Assembly: GCA_050951325.1 (NCBI GenBank)
Contig: JBMNIW010000008.1
Span: forward strand, 224,001-288,000
Reading direction: 5' to 3'
DNA length: 64,000 nt
Source: Clostridia bacterium
Lineage (GTDB): Bacteria; Bacillota; Clostridia; UBA1212; DUPL01
Within the stretch, counting starts at the first letter, position 1. Every line of letters begins with the position of its first letter. Positions 1-9,840 of the stretch are shown here, piece after piece. A model generated the notes under the pieces. The model ran no database searches. It saw only the letters and a list, made by a program, of their open reading frames with translations, and was not told the DNA's origin. A program made the position numbers and the translations under genes.

Positions 1-1365
1 GTATCAACAGGTATTCTTTCATAATAGTCACACAGGGTATCAAACATGCTATCTTTAAGCCCGGCACCAGCTGACTTTGCCAGATCAACAAGGCCATTGT
101 ACATGAATTCCTGGGAGTACTTTCTGGTAAGTTCCTGCATGCCGGGATAAGAGACTGTTTTTGTCTTTATTGGTGTTTCGTTTATCATTTTCAATAGCTT
201 TTCAAACATCAATTCATGACCGTATTTAAGTTTCGCTACCAAAGAATCTGCCATATATGCCAGTACATCAGGAGTCCGTTCATCATTGTATTTGATAAAA
301 TACTCAAGTTGTGCCTGAGGATCGGCGGTCTGGGACAAAAGGTACCAACCTGCAATGCGTTTTGCCGGATCATTATTACCCAGGAAATCATCCAGGACCT
401 TGTACACATCCTGCAGCTCATAAAAACCAATGCACATAAGTGCAATATGGTTTTCGACAGGATTTGGGCTGGCAAGATATTTTTTTTCGTGCCTGTTTGC
501 AACACAGTCATATATAACTTCCAAATAGTATCTTGCTGCTTTGGACTTTTCGGTGATACGGGCAAACCGGTCCATACATCAAACGCCCTGACAACCGATG
601 AAAACCTCTCCATTTTGTTGTCCAGTATGACTTTGAGAAGATAAATAAAGTTGTCGGCATCACCCTCGTCAATCAATTCCAAATTGACTGCCTGAGACCT
701 TCCTGAAGTTGTGCAGAAAGCAAAAGCTTTTCAAGGATCTCATGTGCCCATCCGGACTTTGACATTGCAAGCGCTTTTAGAACTGTATAGTTCAAGCTTC
801 CTGTGTTTTCATATACTATATGCTCAATCATCTTCATTACGTTATTGTTTCCTTTATCTATTTCATGAGCCATAGTGTAGGAGATGGCTTTTCTGCCGTT
901 ATATGTAAAATATGTGTTTTCACTTTTATTAGGATCTTTCAAATACTCTTCAAGATTAAAATTCAGAACTGACAGGTATGCAAAACCTGATAGAAAAGAT
1001 ATCATTCTGCGATAATGCAGACCGATACTATGCTTTGTTCTGAAAGGACGCCTCTCAAAACCTGACTGGTAGCCAAAATCAAACGTTCTCTTCCAAATGT
1101 CGCGAATCATTGAAGCCTTGTTTTCAAACAAAAGCTCCAGTATTGCAAAACCTTCACCGTCAAATAGACCATACAAACTTTCATGTTTTTCTCCTATCAA
1201 ATCGAAAACCTTATCTTCAGTCCATGTTTCATGATTGTAGTGATAATACATTTGATAGAGTATGGCATTATGAAGCTGTGAGTAATAATCGTTGGATTTG
1301 GGGAGTCTCCTTTCTTTTTCCTTGTAGAACTGAGCTTCTTTTTCACGATACGATGTTAAAAACAT
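1..1365 (-). pseudogene. DUF4132/DUF5724-type large protein, 5' part, split by two single-base deletions; runs off window edge
   Basis: The 673..1365 ORF ends ...LLLSAQLQEGLRQSI and continues in the next frame as LELIDEG..RFSSVVRAFDVWTGL, the conserved motif string of this family. It shifts again near 555 into a frame (EKSKAARYYLEVIYDC...) that is open to position 1. RBS GGAGG upstream. Confidence 0.65.
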
Positions 1366-1374
1366 AAACCCTCC

Positions 1375-1806
1375 TTAGAAAACATACGAAAAGCAACTTC
1401 CTGCAAGCATGACAAAACGGACGAGTATCAAATTGTCCCCGTCCTTAACGTTTATCGCCTCGTTAATATCAACAACTTCCTCATTGTTTAAAAACACTCT
1501 GAAAAGACCATCCTCAAAAGCAAGAAGCATGGTTTCAATCGCTTTTTCCCGTGAGACGACTCCTTCGCCATACCTTCTGCCAAAACCAACCTTGCCGCTC
1601 TCCTGTCCGTCACTTAGCTCCTCTTCTGTAAGAGCTGCAACAATATCAGCGTCAATGCTTTTGCTTATGTAGGCATCGTGCAATTGACAGGCTAAATCAC
1701 ACAAAAGATCCTTCATTGTTCTGTTATTGTCAGATACAATAATTTCCTTGCCTGTTATATAGCTCCTTTTTCTGCTTGTAGATTTGACCGTTACATGTAT
1801 TCTCAA
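1375..1806 (-). CDS. Conserved hypothetical protein typically found upstream of DUF4132 genes
   Basis: 143 aa; GKVGFG...AIETMLLAFEDGLFRVFLN..V.D...LVRFVMLAG motif; 9 nt from the next gene. Confidence 0.7.
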   Translation of the reverse strand: MRIHVTVKSTSRKRSYITGKEIIVSDNNRTMKDLLCDLACQLHDAYISKSIDADIVAALTEEELSDGQESGKVGFGRRYGEGVVSREKAIETMLLAFEDGLFRVFLNNEEVVDINEAINVKDGDNLILVRFVMLAGSCFSYVF

Positions 1807-1905
1807 GCAACCATTTTCCTTTCCTTAATTTCACTTAACATCTTTCATATATTTTATACCCACCCTGGATTTTTGTAAACACGAAACATTTAAATTAAAA
1901 ATCAA

Positions 1906-1933
1906 TTGACAATTAGGACATTTTTAGTATAAT
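1906..1933 (+). promoter_or_regulatory. Sigma-A-type promoter
   Basis: TTGACA-N16-TATAAT about 30 nt upstream of the 1963 ATG. Confidence 0.6.
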
Positions 1934-1962
1934 GAGAACAAACAAGAAGAGGTGAGTGGTCT

Positions 1963-3783
1963 ATGTTTAGGAAAAAATTACTAATTCTTTTATCATTTTT
2001 ATGTCTAAGCATGATAGTAGTACTTACGGCATGCACAGGTGGTTCAAACGAAGACGAGAAAACCCCTGAACCTACGGAAGATCCCCGTATTTTCAGGGAT
2101 GAATTGCCTAGAGTTGAACCAAGAGAAGACCAGCATATAACATTCAAGACTATCGATGATGGTTTTGACGTTTTCGCTCCTCTAGCTGGATACTGGGGAT
2201 ATCGCTATGGTCCCAGTATATTGTTCTACCCAGATGGAACAATGGACGCATGGTTTGCAACCCCTGGTACCAGTGGAGAATGGGACTGGTTTACATACAA
2301 ACACTCCGACGATCGCGGAGCTACATGGTCCAATGAAATTGTTGTTCTACAACCAACACCGGATTCAATGGATCACTATTCAGTATGTGACCCTGGTCTA
2401 ATCTATTTTGACGGATGGTATTACCTTGGTTATACATCAACAATAGTCAGCACCAACGGCGGTATAAACAACAACATTTTTGTTGCCCGTTCAAAGAACC
2501 CTGACGGACCATATGAAAAGTGGAACGGTTCAGGATGGGGCGGAGACCCAGCTCCAATAATTTACTTTGACGAAGCAGATTCAGCCTGGGGTGCTGGAGA
2601 AATCAGCTTTGTTGAATTGGACGGCACACTGTACTGCTACTATACATGGAGATGTCCGGATGGAGACTTTACAAAGGTATCCATTGCCGATTCAACCAGC
2701 GAGAACTGGCCTGAAACCTTGGAATACAAGGGTATAGCATACAAATACGGCCCTGGACAGGACTCCTGCGATGTATTCTACGTTGAAGATATAGGCAAGT
2801 TTATTGCTCTTTCAACCATCCACAGATTTACAACAGATAGTGGAATAGCCATAATGGAATCCAATGACGGTATCAACTTTACACATATCGATACCATCAG
2901 AACCGGAATATCAAAGTTCTGCCACAACATGGGTGTTTCAAAGAGACCAAACGGCCATGTACAGCTTAAAGACGAACTGATTATTGGCTATGCATACTCC
3001 GACGGCGGCCAGGAAAACTGGGGTAAATGGGCTACACGTTTCCAGAAGATTAAACTGGAAGTTTATGATGGCGAAGCAAAGCAAACTGATAGGGATGGCA
3101 AAAACGTTCTTCGTGGAGACTACTTCTGGGAAGAGCTGCCAAAAGAAGAACTGTGGCCAATAGCTATCGGAACACTTCCACAAAAGATTGAAGTTCATCT
3201 CAAAGATGGAACTTACAAAGTACCAGCAAAATGGTATGACACATACCTTAGAAGCCATGATATAACTGATGAAGACAAGGTTAAATTTACCGATTATGAC
3301 AAGGAAATAATCGATTTTGACGGCTTGACAATGAAGATGAAGAAGGTCGGAAAGACTAACGTTACAATGCATTACGAAGGACGTCAAATCACCTTCAAAG
3401 TCTATGTTCGACCCGATGATTTCCAAATCGGAATGGAGAATCCTGAAATTGTATCCTTCACACCAGTAGAGGAACACATTACCGTCTACAAGAAGGATTA
3501 CGGTGTAAGACACAAAAAACAGATTCGTGGCTTTGTTGTATTTGAAGACGAGACTTGGGGCGAGGCGTATAACGACTCAACAAAAGCTCATCCAGATTAC
3601 CCACCAAAGGTGCCCAGAGAGAAATATGAGATGAAGTTTGAGGTTGCCGATACCAACATCATCACAGTCAACAACAGAGGTATCATTACCGCCAAGAATG
3701 TAGGTACTACAACCGTCAAGGTTACAATAACAGGTGGCCTAAGCTTCACAGTCACCGTAACGGTGGAAGAGGAACTGCCATAA
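1963..3783 (+). CDS. Lipoprotein, putative five-bladed beta-propeller glycoside hydrolase with C-terminal Ig-like (Big_2-type) domains
   Basis: Lipobox LTAC; YRYGPS, SVCDPG, WGAGE propeller-type motifs; C-terminal V.N.G.ITAK.VGTTTVKVT Ig-like signature. Confidence 0.7.
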   Translation: MFRKKLLILLSFLCLSMIVVLTACTGGSNEDEKTPEPTEDPRIFRDELPRVEPREDQHITFKTIDDGFDVFAPLAGYWGYRYGPSILFYPDGTMDAWFATPGTSGEWDWFTYKHSDDRGATWSNEIVVLQPTPDSMDHYSVCDPGLIYFDGWYYLGYTSTIVSTNGGINNNIFVARSKNPDGPYEKWNGSGWGGDPAPIIYFDEADSAWGAGEISFVELDGTLYCYYTWRCPDGDFTKVSIADSTSENWPETLEYKGIAYKYGPGQDSCDVFYVEDIGKFIALSTIHRFTTDSGIAIMESNDGINFTHIDTIRTGISKFCHNMGVSKRPNGHVQLKDELIIGYAYSDGGQENWGKWATRFQKIKLEVYDGEAKQTDRDGKNVLRGDYFWEELPKEELWPIAIGTLPQKIEVHLKDGTYKVPAKWYDTYLRSHDITDEDKVKFTDYDKEIIDFDGLTMKMKKVGKTNVTMHYEGRQITFKVYVRPDDFQIGMENPEIVSFTPVEEHITVYKKDYGVRHKKQIRGFVVFEDETWGEAYNDSTKAHPDYPPKVPREKYEMKFEVADTNIITVNNRGIITAKNVGTTTVKVTITGGLSFTVTVTVEEELP

Positions 3784-3798
3784 ATCATGCAAATATCA

Positions 3799-3830
3799 AA
3801 AGCTCCGTAAATTTCTTACGGAGCTTTTTT
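3799..3830. terminator. Bidirectional rho-independent terminator
   Basis: AAAGCTCCGTAA-atttc-TTACGGAGCTTT followed by a T tract, between convergent genes. Confidence 0.85.
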
Positions 3831-3839
3831 GATGCCTTT

Positions 3840-5018
3840 CTACTTTCCCTTGCAATTATTCTGTTGCTTCTTTCTGGCTTTTTCCAGTTTCTCTTGTGCT
3901 TTCTTTAATTCCTCTAGATATTTTTTCATAGCCTTTTCTCTTTTTTCTTCAGCCCGTTTTAAGGCTTCCTCATATTTCTCCTGAGCTTTTTTCTGTTTTT
4001 CTTCGCATTTCTTATCGTCATCTTCCCTCTTACCTTCCAGGTCCTTCTTATGTTCCTCAATCAGCTCTTTGATTTCTTCAAGCTGCTTGTCAATCTCGCC
4101 CTTCTTGGAATCTGCCAGTTCTTTAAGTTCGTCAATAGCTTTCTTTGCCTCTTTTTTTATAGCCTCCGCCTGCTTTTTAAGTTCTTCCAGCATACGAAGC
4201 GTATCTTCCTTTTCCTCTTCTGTCATGTCCATCAGACTTGCCAATATCTCAGTGATCTGTGTTCGAATCTCATTCACCTTTTCAACAGCTTCCCTGTTTA
4301 CTTCACCTATCTGCTCCTTGATATCGCAAAGCTCTTCCTTGGTATTTTCTCTCAATTCCTCAAGATCAGATCTTTTATCGTCAGGGCATGTTTCCTCTAT
4401 CCTCTCCAGGATTTCCTCGTCTATGTTCACTTCTTCATTCTCGGCAATCAGTTCCTTTATCCTGCAAATGATATCAGCCACTTTCGCGTCCTTGTACTCC
4501 TCTACAGTTGCACTTGGTTCAAGAACCTGAAGTGTCTTTATGAGCTTCAGTTTTCCTGGTGTAACACCCAGTTCATTTGCCTCTTGTCTTAACGATGGAC
4601 CACATGCGTTCTTATATACGGCAATTCTAGTGTTCATCTTCTTCTCAGCATACTCTACCGCTTCACCGCATATACGCTGCAGTCTTTCTGCCTTTTTTTG
4701 ATTTTTTGATTCAGCAGTTATTGCAACGACTGAAGAACCATCTTCTGCAATATACTCCTTATCAGCCGCAACTTTTAGCAAAGTTGCAACAGCATCTGAT
4801 ACATCAAGATTGACAACCTTTGCATCTCCGAGCAGTTTCTTCCCATCCTTGTTCACCGCTCTTGCACTTACAACCTTGTTAAAAGCATTGACGCCCAGCT
4901 CAACGCTTGGATTGATATCAATACTTATGTAGTCAATAGGTTTGCTGTAAACCATATAACTGCCAATACCAAATACGAAGAGCAGTATAATTGCACAACC
5001 AAATATTATCTTTTTCAT
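3840..5018 (-). CDS. RsgI-like (anti-sigma-I periplasmic domain) membrane protein with long E/K-rich coiled-coil tail
   Basis: N-terminal TM then YISIDINPSVELGVNAFNKV...N.DG and GVTPGKL, hallmarks of the RsgI extracellular domain. Confidence 0.75.
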   Translation of the reverse strand: MKKIIFGCAIILLFVFGIGSYMVYSKPIDYISIDINPSVELGVNAFNKVVSARAVNKDGKKLLGDAKVVNLDVSDAVATLLKVAADKEYIAEDGSSVVAITAESKNQKKAERLQRICGEAVEYAEKKMNTRIAVYKNACGPSLRQEANELGVTPGKLKLIKTLQVLEPSATVEEYKDAKVADIICRIKELIAENEEVNIDEEILERIEETCPDDKRSDLEELRENTKEELCDIKEQIGEVNREAVEKVNEIRTQITEILASLMDMTEEEKEDTLRMLEELKKQAEAIKKEAKKAIDELKELADSKKGEIDKQLEEIKELIEEHKKDLEGKREDDDKKCEEKQKKAQEKYEEALKRAEEKREKAMKKYLEELKKAQEKLEKARKKQQNNCKGK

Positions 5019-5055
5019 TCTTTCACCCCTATGTTTTTTGTTTTCAGTAAATACT

Positions 5056-5084
5056 TTCGTAACAAACTTCTAACATTTCAGGGT
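5056..5084 (-). promoter_or_regulatory. Putative sigma-I-type promoter
   Basis: Minus strand ACCCTG-N19(starting AAA)-CGAA, matching the B. subtilis SigI consensus ACCCCC-N19-CGAA, upstream of the RsgI-like gene. Confidence 0.5.
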
Positions 5085-5088
5085 AAAG

Positions 5089-5130
5089 CAAAAAAGAAAC
5101 AGAGCGCAGAATTGCATTCTGTTTCTTTTT
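5089..5130 (-). terminator. Rho-independent terminator after the SGNH gene
   Basis: AAAAAAGAAACAGA...TCTGTTTCTTTTTT inverted repeat. Confidence 0.7.
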
Positions 5131-5199
5131 TCGTATTTGGCTTGACTTCCTGAGTTAAAAGATTCTTGCTCCAGTCTAAGTAAAATGTACAACAAAAAG

Positions 5200-5991
5200 C
5201 TATTTACTAAAGCTATAAGGGGTGCCTATGAAAGGAACCTCATAGAAGCCTTCCGGATTGTTGCGGATAATGTAGTCAATGTAGGAAGCAACCATTCTGG
5301 AAACAAGCAGATAACCAGCAGGATTAAGATGGCCTCCCAAATAGAAATTACGCCTGAATTCAGCATCTATCACAGGACCGTATTGAGCAAAATCAATCAC
5401 ATAGGTGTTATCAAAACGCTCTGCAATGTCATGAAGAAGTTGTGCATGCGCCTGAACAATTTTGTTGTGCTCTTCACTGTCCTCTCGTATCATTGTTACA
5501 AGAAAGAAACGAGCCTTGGGCTGCAGAGCCTGCATTCTTTGAATTATTTGCGCATACCATCCGGCAAAAGTTTCTTCATTGTTTTTTGTGTAGTCTTCAT
5601 AGTTGATATCTTCTATGGAACCTACAGGCATCTTAAGCCCTATAAGATCATTAATGCCTAGAGCAATAATATAGCATTGGCAGAGCTTGTCCGTATCCCA
5701 GAAATTGTTTGCATCTGCAAAGGTTTTGCAGTACTCAATGGCAGTCATGCCACCACGAGAGAAATTAAGAACCTTTGCACCAACAAGGCGTCCCAAATAC
5801 TGTCCCCATGAGTATTCGAACATATCGTGATATTCCTTGTTGCTATTATCATCAATTGATTCAAATTCTCCAGAAGACATGCTGTCTCCAATACAACAAA
5901 TGGTACGGAAAATACCTGTAAAACCTCCATCCGCAGGCATTCTTTCAAGTGGTTTTTCGTCACTACTTGCATAGTAATCTTTGATATTCAT
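5200..5991 (-). CDS. SGNH/GDSL hydrolase family protein
   Basis: IGDSMSSG, SRGG, LGIND, GGHLNPAGY blocks. Confidence 0.85.
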   Translation of the reverse strand: MNIKDYYASSDEKPLERMPADGGFTGIFRTICCIGDSMSSGEFESIDDNSNKEYHDMFEYSWGQYLGRLVGAKVLNFSRGGMTAIEYCKTFADANNFWDTDKLCQCYIIALGINDLIGLKMPVGSIEDINYEDYTKNNEETFAGWYAQIIQRMQALQPKARFFLVTMIREDSEEHNKIVQAHAQLLHDIAERFDNTYVIDFAQYGPVIDAEFRRNFYLGGHLNPAGYLLVSRMVASYIDYIIRNNPEGFYEVPFIGTPYSFSK

Positions 5992-6047
5992 TTTGCTAAT
6001 TCCATCCTTTCAAAGCAATCTGATACGCTCAGATTCTACTACTTCAA

Positions 6048-6806
6048 TTATTGTCCGTCAACTCTATTCGCAAGTTGTTTTGTGAATCTGCATTTTGGGT
6101 AATTGCCACACCCCAAAAACTTACCGTGTTTTCCCTGTTTAACTGACAGAAATCCTGTGTTGCACCTAGGACACTTGTCACCCGCAGAAGCATATTTAAT
6201 GAGTGTTTTCTTGTAGTTTACATTTTCTATATGCTCCTTGGAAGAGATTGAAAATTGCTCATTCCCATGCTGCAACAAAGCCAGAATCTCCATCATCTCC
6301 TGAATACTCATAACTTTGCTTTTGAACTTTCGTATCACTGACTTAACCTGGTTGAAATACACAACATTTTGTCTAGTCTTTACTTTCAATCTGCAATCCT
6401 TTGAGAAAGCAATTATCGGGATTATGGGGATATTAGGATAATTTGAAAGTCTTGATTCAATGGCTTTTACATGAGCATAATTCTGGTGAATGGGATTCAT
6501 AAATTTGTACTTGTTTTTGTAAAGAGTCTGGGTCCATTCCCTGGACTGGTCATTCCCATAAATCCAACCTTTATAGTTCTTGGTTTCAATAACAAATATC
6601 CCATATGGAGATACCACTATATGGTCTATTTGCGTTGTTCCAGTTTCCGTTGGTAGAATAACATTATTGACAACCTGATATTCTTCCGGCAAGAGGAGTT
6701 TCAACCGCAAGTTTACAGATGTTTCTCCCAGCCAACCTCTAACATGGGGCCTGATTAATTCAGCGATAGAATCAATTAAAGATTTACGTTTCCTTGTACG
6801 AGACAT
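6048..6806 (-). CDS. NERD-domain nuclease with C-terminal topoisomerase C4 zinc ribbon
   Basis: QIDHIVVSPYGIFVIETKNYKG, NPIHQN; CPRC...GKFLGCGNYPKC. Confidence 0.9.
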   Translation of the reverse strand: MSRTRKRKSLIDSIAELIRPHVRGWLGETSVNLRLKLLLPEEYQVVNNVILPTETGTTQIDHIVVSPYGIFVIETKNYKGWIYGNDQSREWTQTLYKNKYKFMNPIHQNYAHVKAIESRLSNYPNIPIIPIIAFSKDCRLKVKTRQNVVYFNQVKSVIRKFKSKVMSIQEMMEILALLQHGNEQFSISSKEHIENVNYKKTLIKYASAGDKCPRCNTGFLSVKQGKHGKFLGCGNYPKCRFTKQLANRVDGQ

Positions 6807-7095
6807 TATTAAAAACTCCTTTCATGGCATTATCCTTCTGTGGGATACTTGCTCCTCTACCATCACCACAATGTTGTCAATGTGACATCCAGACAATGCT
6901 GCAAAACAATATAGTAATATATAGATTAGGTTTAATTGCAAATTTCACTCTCTTATACGTTCAATTTAAAGCATGACTATATTCTATTACCTTTTTATCT
7001 TTACATGCTTACTCTTGTCAAGTTTGTTAACTTGTCAAAGTTTTTCATCTCTCTTTAAATATTTGCCATTTCTTTTATCTTGCGCATTACCTTTA

Positions 7096-8082
7096 TCAAT
7101 GTAAGTTTCTCCTTAGTTTAAACCGCATAAAACTATGATAATCAGGACTGATACCGTAATTATCATACGAAAGCAGCAATGCTCCAGCAACAGGCTCATA
7201 CTCGGATTGAAAAAGTATCAAATTATCAAGATCAGAAAGATATTCTCTAATAACTTTTTCAAGAACGAAACCTTTACCTTTGAATGAACCTCCATTCATT
7301 ACAAAATGTACTTCCCTGTTCTCCCATCCCAGCTCTCTTATTCCTTCACGTATACAATCAGCAAAACCCTTGCCCGTCTGGTTTACAAAATCCTCTGCAA
7401 CTCTATCCTTTAATAACATGGCTTCATATACAAAAGGCACAAAATGTTGATAAGGAAGTGCATTAACATCCCACCCATTATTTGTCTTTTTCAACGCTTC
7501 AGCTATAGTCGGGGTTTGTGCAAACTCGCATATTCTCTCTGAAAGTATTGTTGGCTCAATCAAATACTGTGCAGACATGCATGCATGTAAAAAAGCACGA
7601 TAACCAAGTCCTAGTGCAGCTTGATAATTAATTCGTCCTGACAAATTAAACGCTTTTCCATTTTCGTCGAATAACCATATACCTGCACCAGTCCCTACTC
7701 CCAACACCCCGCTGGGCAATCTATTCGTCCCTGCTCTCCAGGCTCCATACATATCATTGTATACTTTTATATTTTCAATAGATGTCCTTAACCTTAAGTT
7801 GTCTTCATAATATTTTTTGATATCATCACTGTCTACAGTAGCCATGCAGGCAGTCAAGGCATAAACATCAGGCATTTCAATTCCATTTCTTTGTAGCAGG
7901 TCTTTCAGATAATCCACTTGCTGTCCCAAATATCTAACTGCAAACTCAGAACTATCCTTGATGTCTTGAATAAATGCACTGTATCCAAAACCACTGAGTT
8001 TATCTACAATTAATCCATTTTCGTCTCCTAAAAGAATTTCGGTTTTTGAACCACCTTGATCAACGCCCACAAAATATCTCAT
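7096..8082 (-). CDS. BadF/BadG/BcrA/BcrD-type ATPase, N-acetylglucosamine kinase-like
   Basis: GVDQGGSKT, NDMYGAW.AG, GVGTG ASKHA motifs; divergent from the GH20 gene. Confidence 0.8.
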   Translation of the reverse strand: MRYFVGVDQGGSKTEILLGDENGLIVDKLSGFGYSAFIQDIKDSSEFAVRYLGQQVDYLKDLLQRNGIEMPDVYALTACMATVDSDDIKKYYEDNLRLRTSIENIKVYNDMYGAWRAGTNRLPSGVLGVGTGAGIWLFDENGKAFNLSGRINYQAALGLGYRAFLHACMSAQYLIEPTILSERICEFAQTPTIAEALKKTNNGWDVNALPYQHFVPFVYEAMLLKDRVAEDFVNQTGKGFADCIREGIRELGWENREVHFVMNGGSFKGKGFVLEKVIREYLSDLDNLILFQSEYEPVAGALLLSYDNYGISPDYHSFMRFKLRRNLH

Positions 8083-8247
8083 ATGTATCTCCCACTCGTA
8101 TCTTCATTTTCTCAATTGTACTTTCCCACCCACCATCTGTCAATAAATAACAGAGTAAAATTAACTATAGAAACAGCTATATTAGCTAGATGCGTTGTAT
8201 TCAAAAACATGGTGATGTATAATATGAACAAAATTAAAGGAGTAGTC

Positions 8248-9840
8248 ATGGGAAGATTTAAACATTTTTCTGTACTAATTGAATGCTCGGCGGGCAACAC
8301 ACCAAAAGTTGATACAATAAAGCATTTTATACGCATGCTCTCCCGCATGGGGTACAATGAGCTTTATCTAGGCTGCACAGATGCATATAAAATGGAGGGT
8401 GAACCCTACTTCAACTATAAACGAGGGGGCTATACTACAGAAGACTTTCAGGAGATGGATGCATGTGCAAAGGAAAACGGTATCGAACTCATAGCCAGCA
8501 TACAAACTCTTGGCCATTTGCATTTTCTGCAGCGTCATGAATCTTATAGGGATTTGATGGATAATGACCACGTCCTGCTGGTGGGAGATGAACGTGTATA
8601 CAAACTAATTGACAAAATGTTTGCTACCATTTCAAAAGGACTATCCACTAAGCGCATTCACATAGGATATGACGAGTGTTGGGGCTTGGGTCTTGGCAAC
8701 TATCTCAAAAAGAATCCGCCTGCAGACAAGAAAGAGCTTCTACTTCGTCATCTCTCCAAGGTGACTAACATTGCCTCCAAATACGGATACACTTGCGAAG
8801 TTTGGCATGATATGCTGACAGAAACCTTGAATACCAAAGTTACCGCAGAACAAGTCAGAAATGCACTTCCAGAAAACACGACAATGTTCTATTGGAACTA
8901 CTTTGAAGGCGATGTTCATGTGCTTAGATCCGGACTAGATAATATGTTTAAATATACTGATAAAGTTGGATACGCAGGCAGCGTCTTCAAATGCGGCTCA
9001 ATGGCACCAATGAATACTTTCAGCCTGTCAAGACTGCTTACCCAGATGCGCGTGGCAGAAGAAAAAGGACTTGACCATTTTATGATTACACTTTGGTCTG
9101 ACAATGGTGCATGGGTCAACAATTATACAGTACTGCCGGCACTTTATGCATGTGCAGAGTTCAACATTGGACGTTGGGACGGCACAGGCGAATTGGACAA
9201 AGCAAGGTTTAAAGATATTACAGGGGCAGACTATGATGACATGCTCTCACTTGATTACCTTGATGACCCGTATAAAAAGAAACTGACAAACACTCACGCC
9301 AATCTCACCTTTCTCATATTCTTTGCCGACCTGTTAAATGGTGGATGGGATTTGTTGTACGACAAGGATATGCCAAAGACTTATGAAGACTTGGCTAACC
9401 ATTATCAAAGATTAGCCTGCGGAGATTACTCCCATGTTTTCAAATGTGCAGAAAAACTAGCCCGGGTTCTAAGCATTAAGTGCCTTTTAGGACTAACTAT
9501 TAGAAATGCATACAAAGCAAATGACACCAAAACACTGAAGGAATCAGTGGAAAGGTTGAAAGAACTCGAAAACGCTATAATTGAATTTTCAAAAGCATAT
9601 GCTGATATGTGGCTTCACGATTCTATGCCGTATGGTCTTGAAGTATGCCAGACGTTAATAGGAGGCCAGATGCTTAGAACTTCTTATGTCAAACAAGTTA
9701 TAGAAGCATATCTTAAAAGCGGACGACCCATACCAGAACTGGCATGTGAAACAATAGTGCCAGATTTGCCACCTGGCACCACACAAGACTCCTGTTGGAT
9801 TGCAGACTGGAAGTTATTGATAAGCAACTGTGGGTTTTAG
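8248..9840 (+). CDS. GH20-family beta-N-acetylhexosaminidase (cytoplasmic type)
   Basis: IQTLGH, IHIGYDE catalytic motif, WHDM, TLWSDNG; start taken at ATG 8248 after AAGGAG. Confidence 0.85.
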   Translation: MGRFKHFSVLIECSAGNTPKVDTIKHFIRMLSRMGYNELYLGCTDAYKMEGEPYFNYKRGGYTTEDFQEMDACAKENGIELIASIQTLGHLHFLQRHESYRDLMDNDHVLLVGDERVYKLIDKMFATISKGLSTKRIHIGYDECWGLGLGNYLKKNPPADKKELLLRHLSKVTNIASKYGYTCEVWHDMLTETLNTKVTAEQVRNALPENTTMFYWNYFEGDVHVLRSGLDNMFKYTDKVGYAGSVFKCGSMAPMNTFSLSRLLTQMRVAEEKGLDHFMITLWSDNGAWVNNYTVLPALYACAEFNIGRWDGTGELDKARFKDITGADYDDMLSLDYLDDPYKKKLTNTHANLTFLIFFADLLNGGWDLLYDKDMPKTYEDLANHYQRLACGDYSHVFKCAEKLARVLSIKCLLGLTIRNAYKANDTKTLKESVERLKELENAIIEFSKAYADMWLHDSMPYGLEVCQTLIGGQMLRTSYVKQVIEAYLKSGRPIPELACETIVPDLPPGTTQDSCWIADWKLLISNCGF

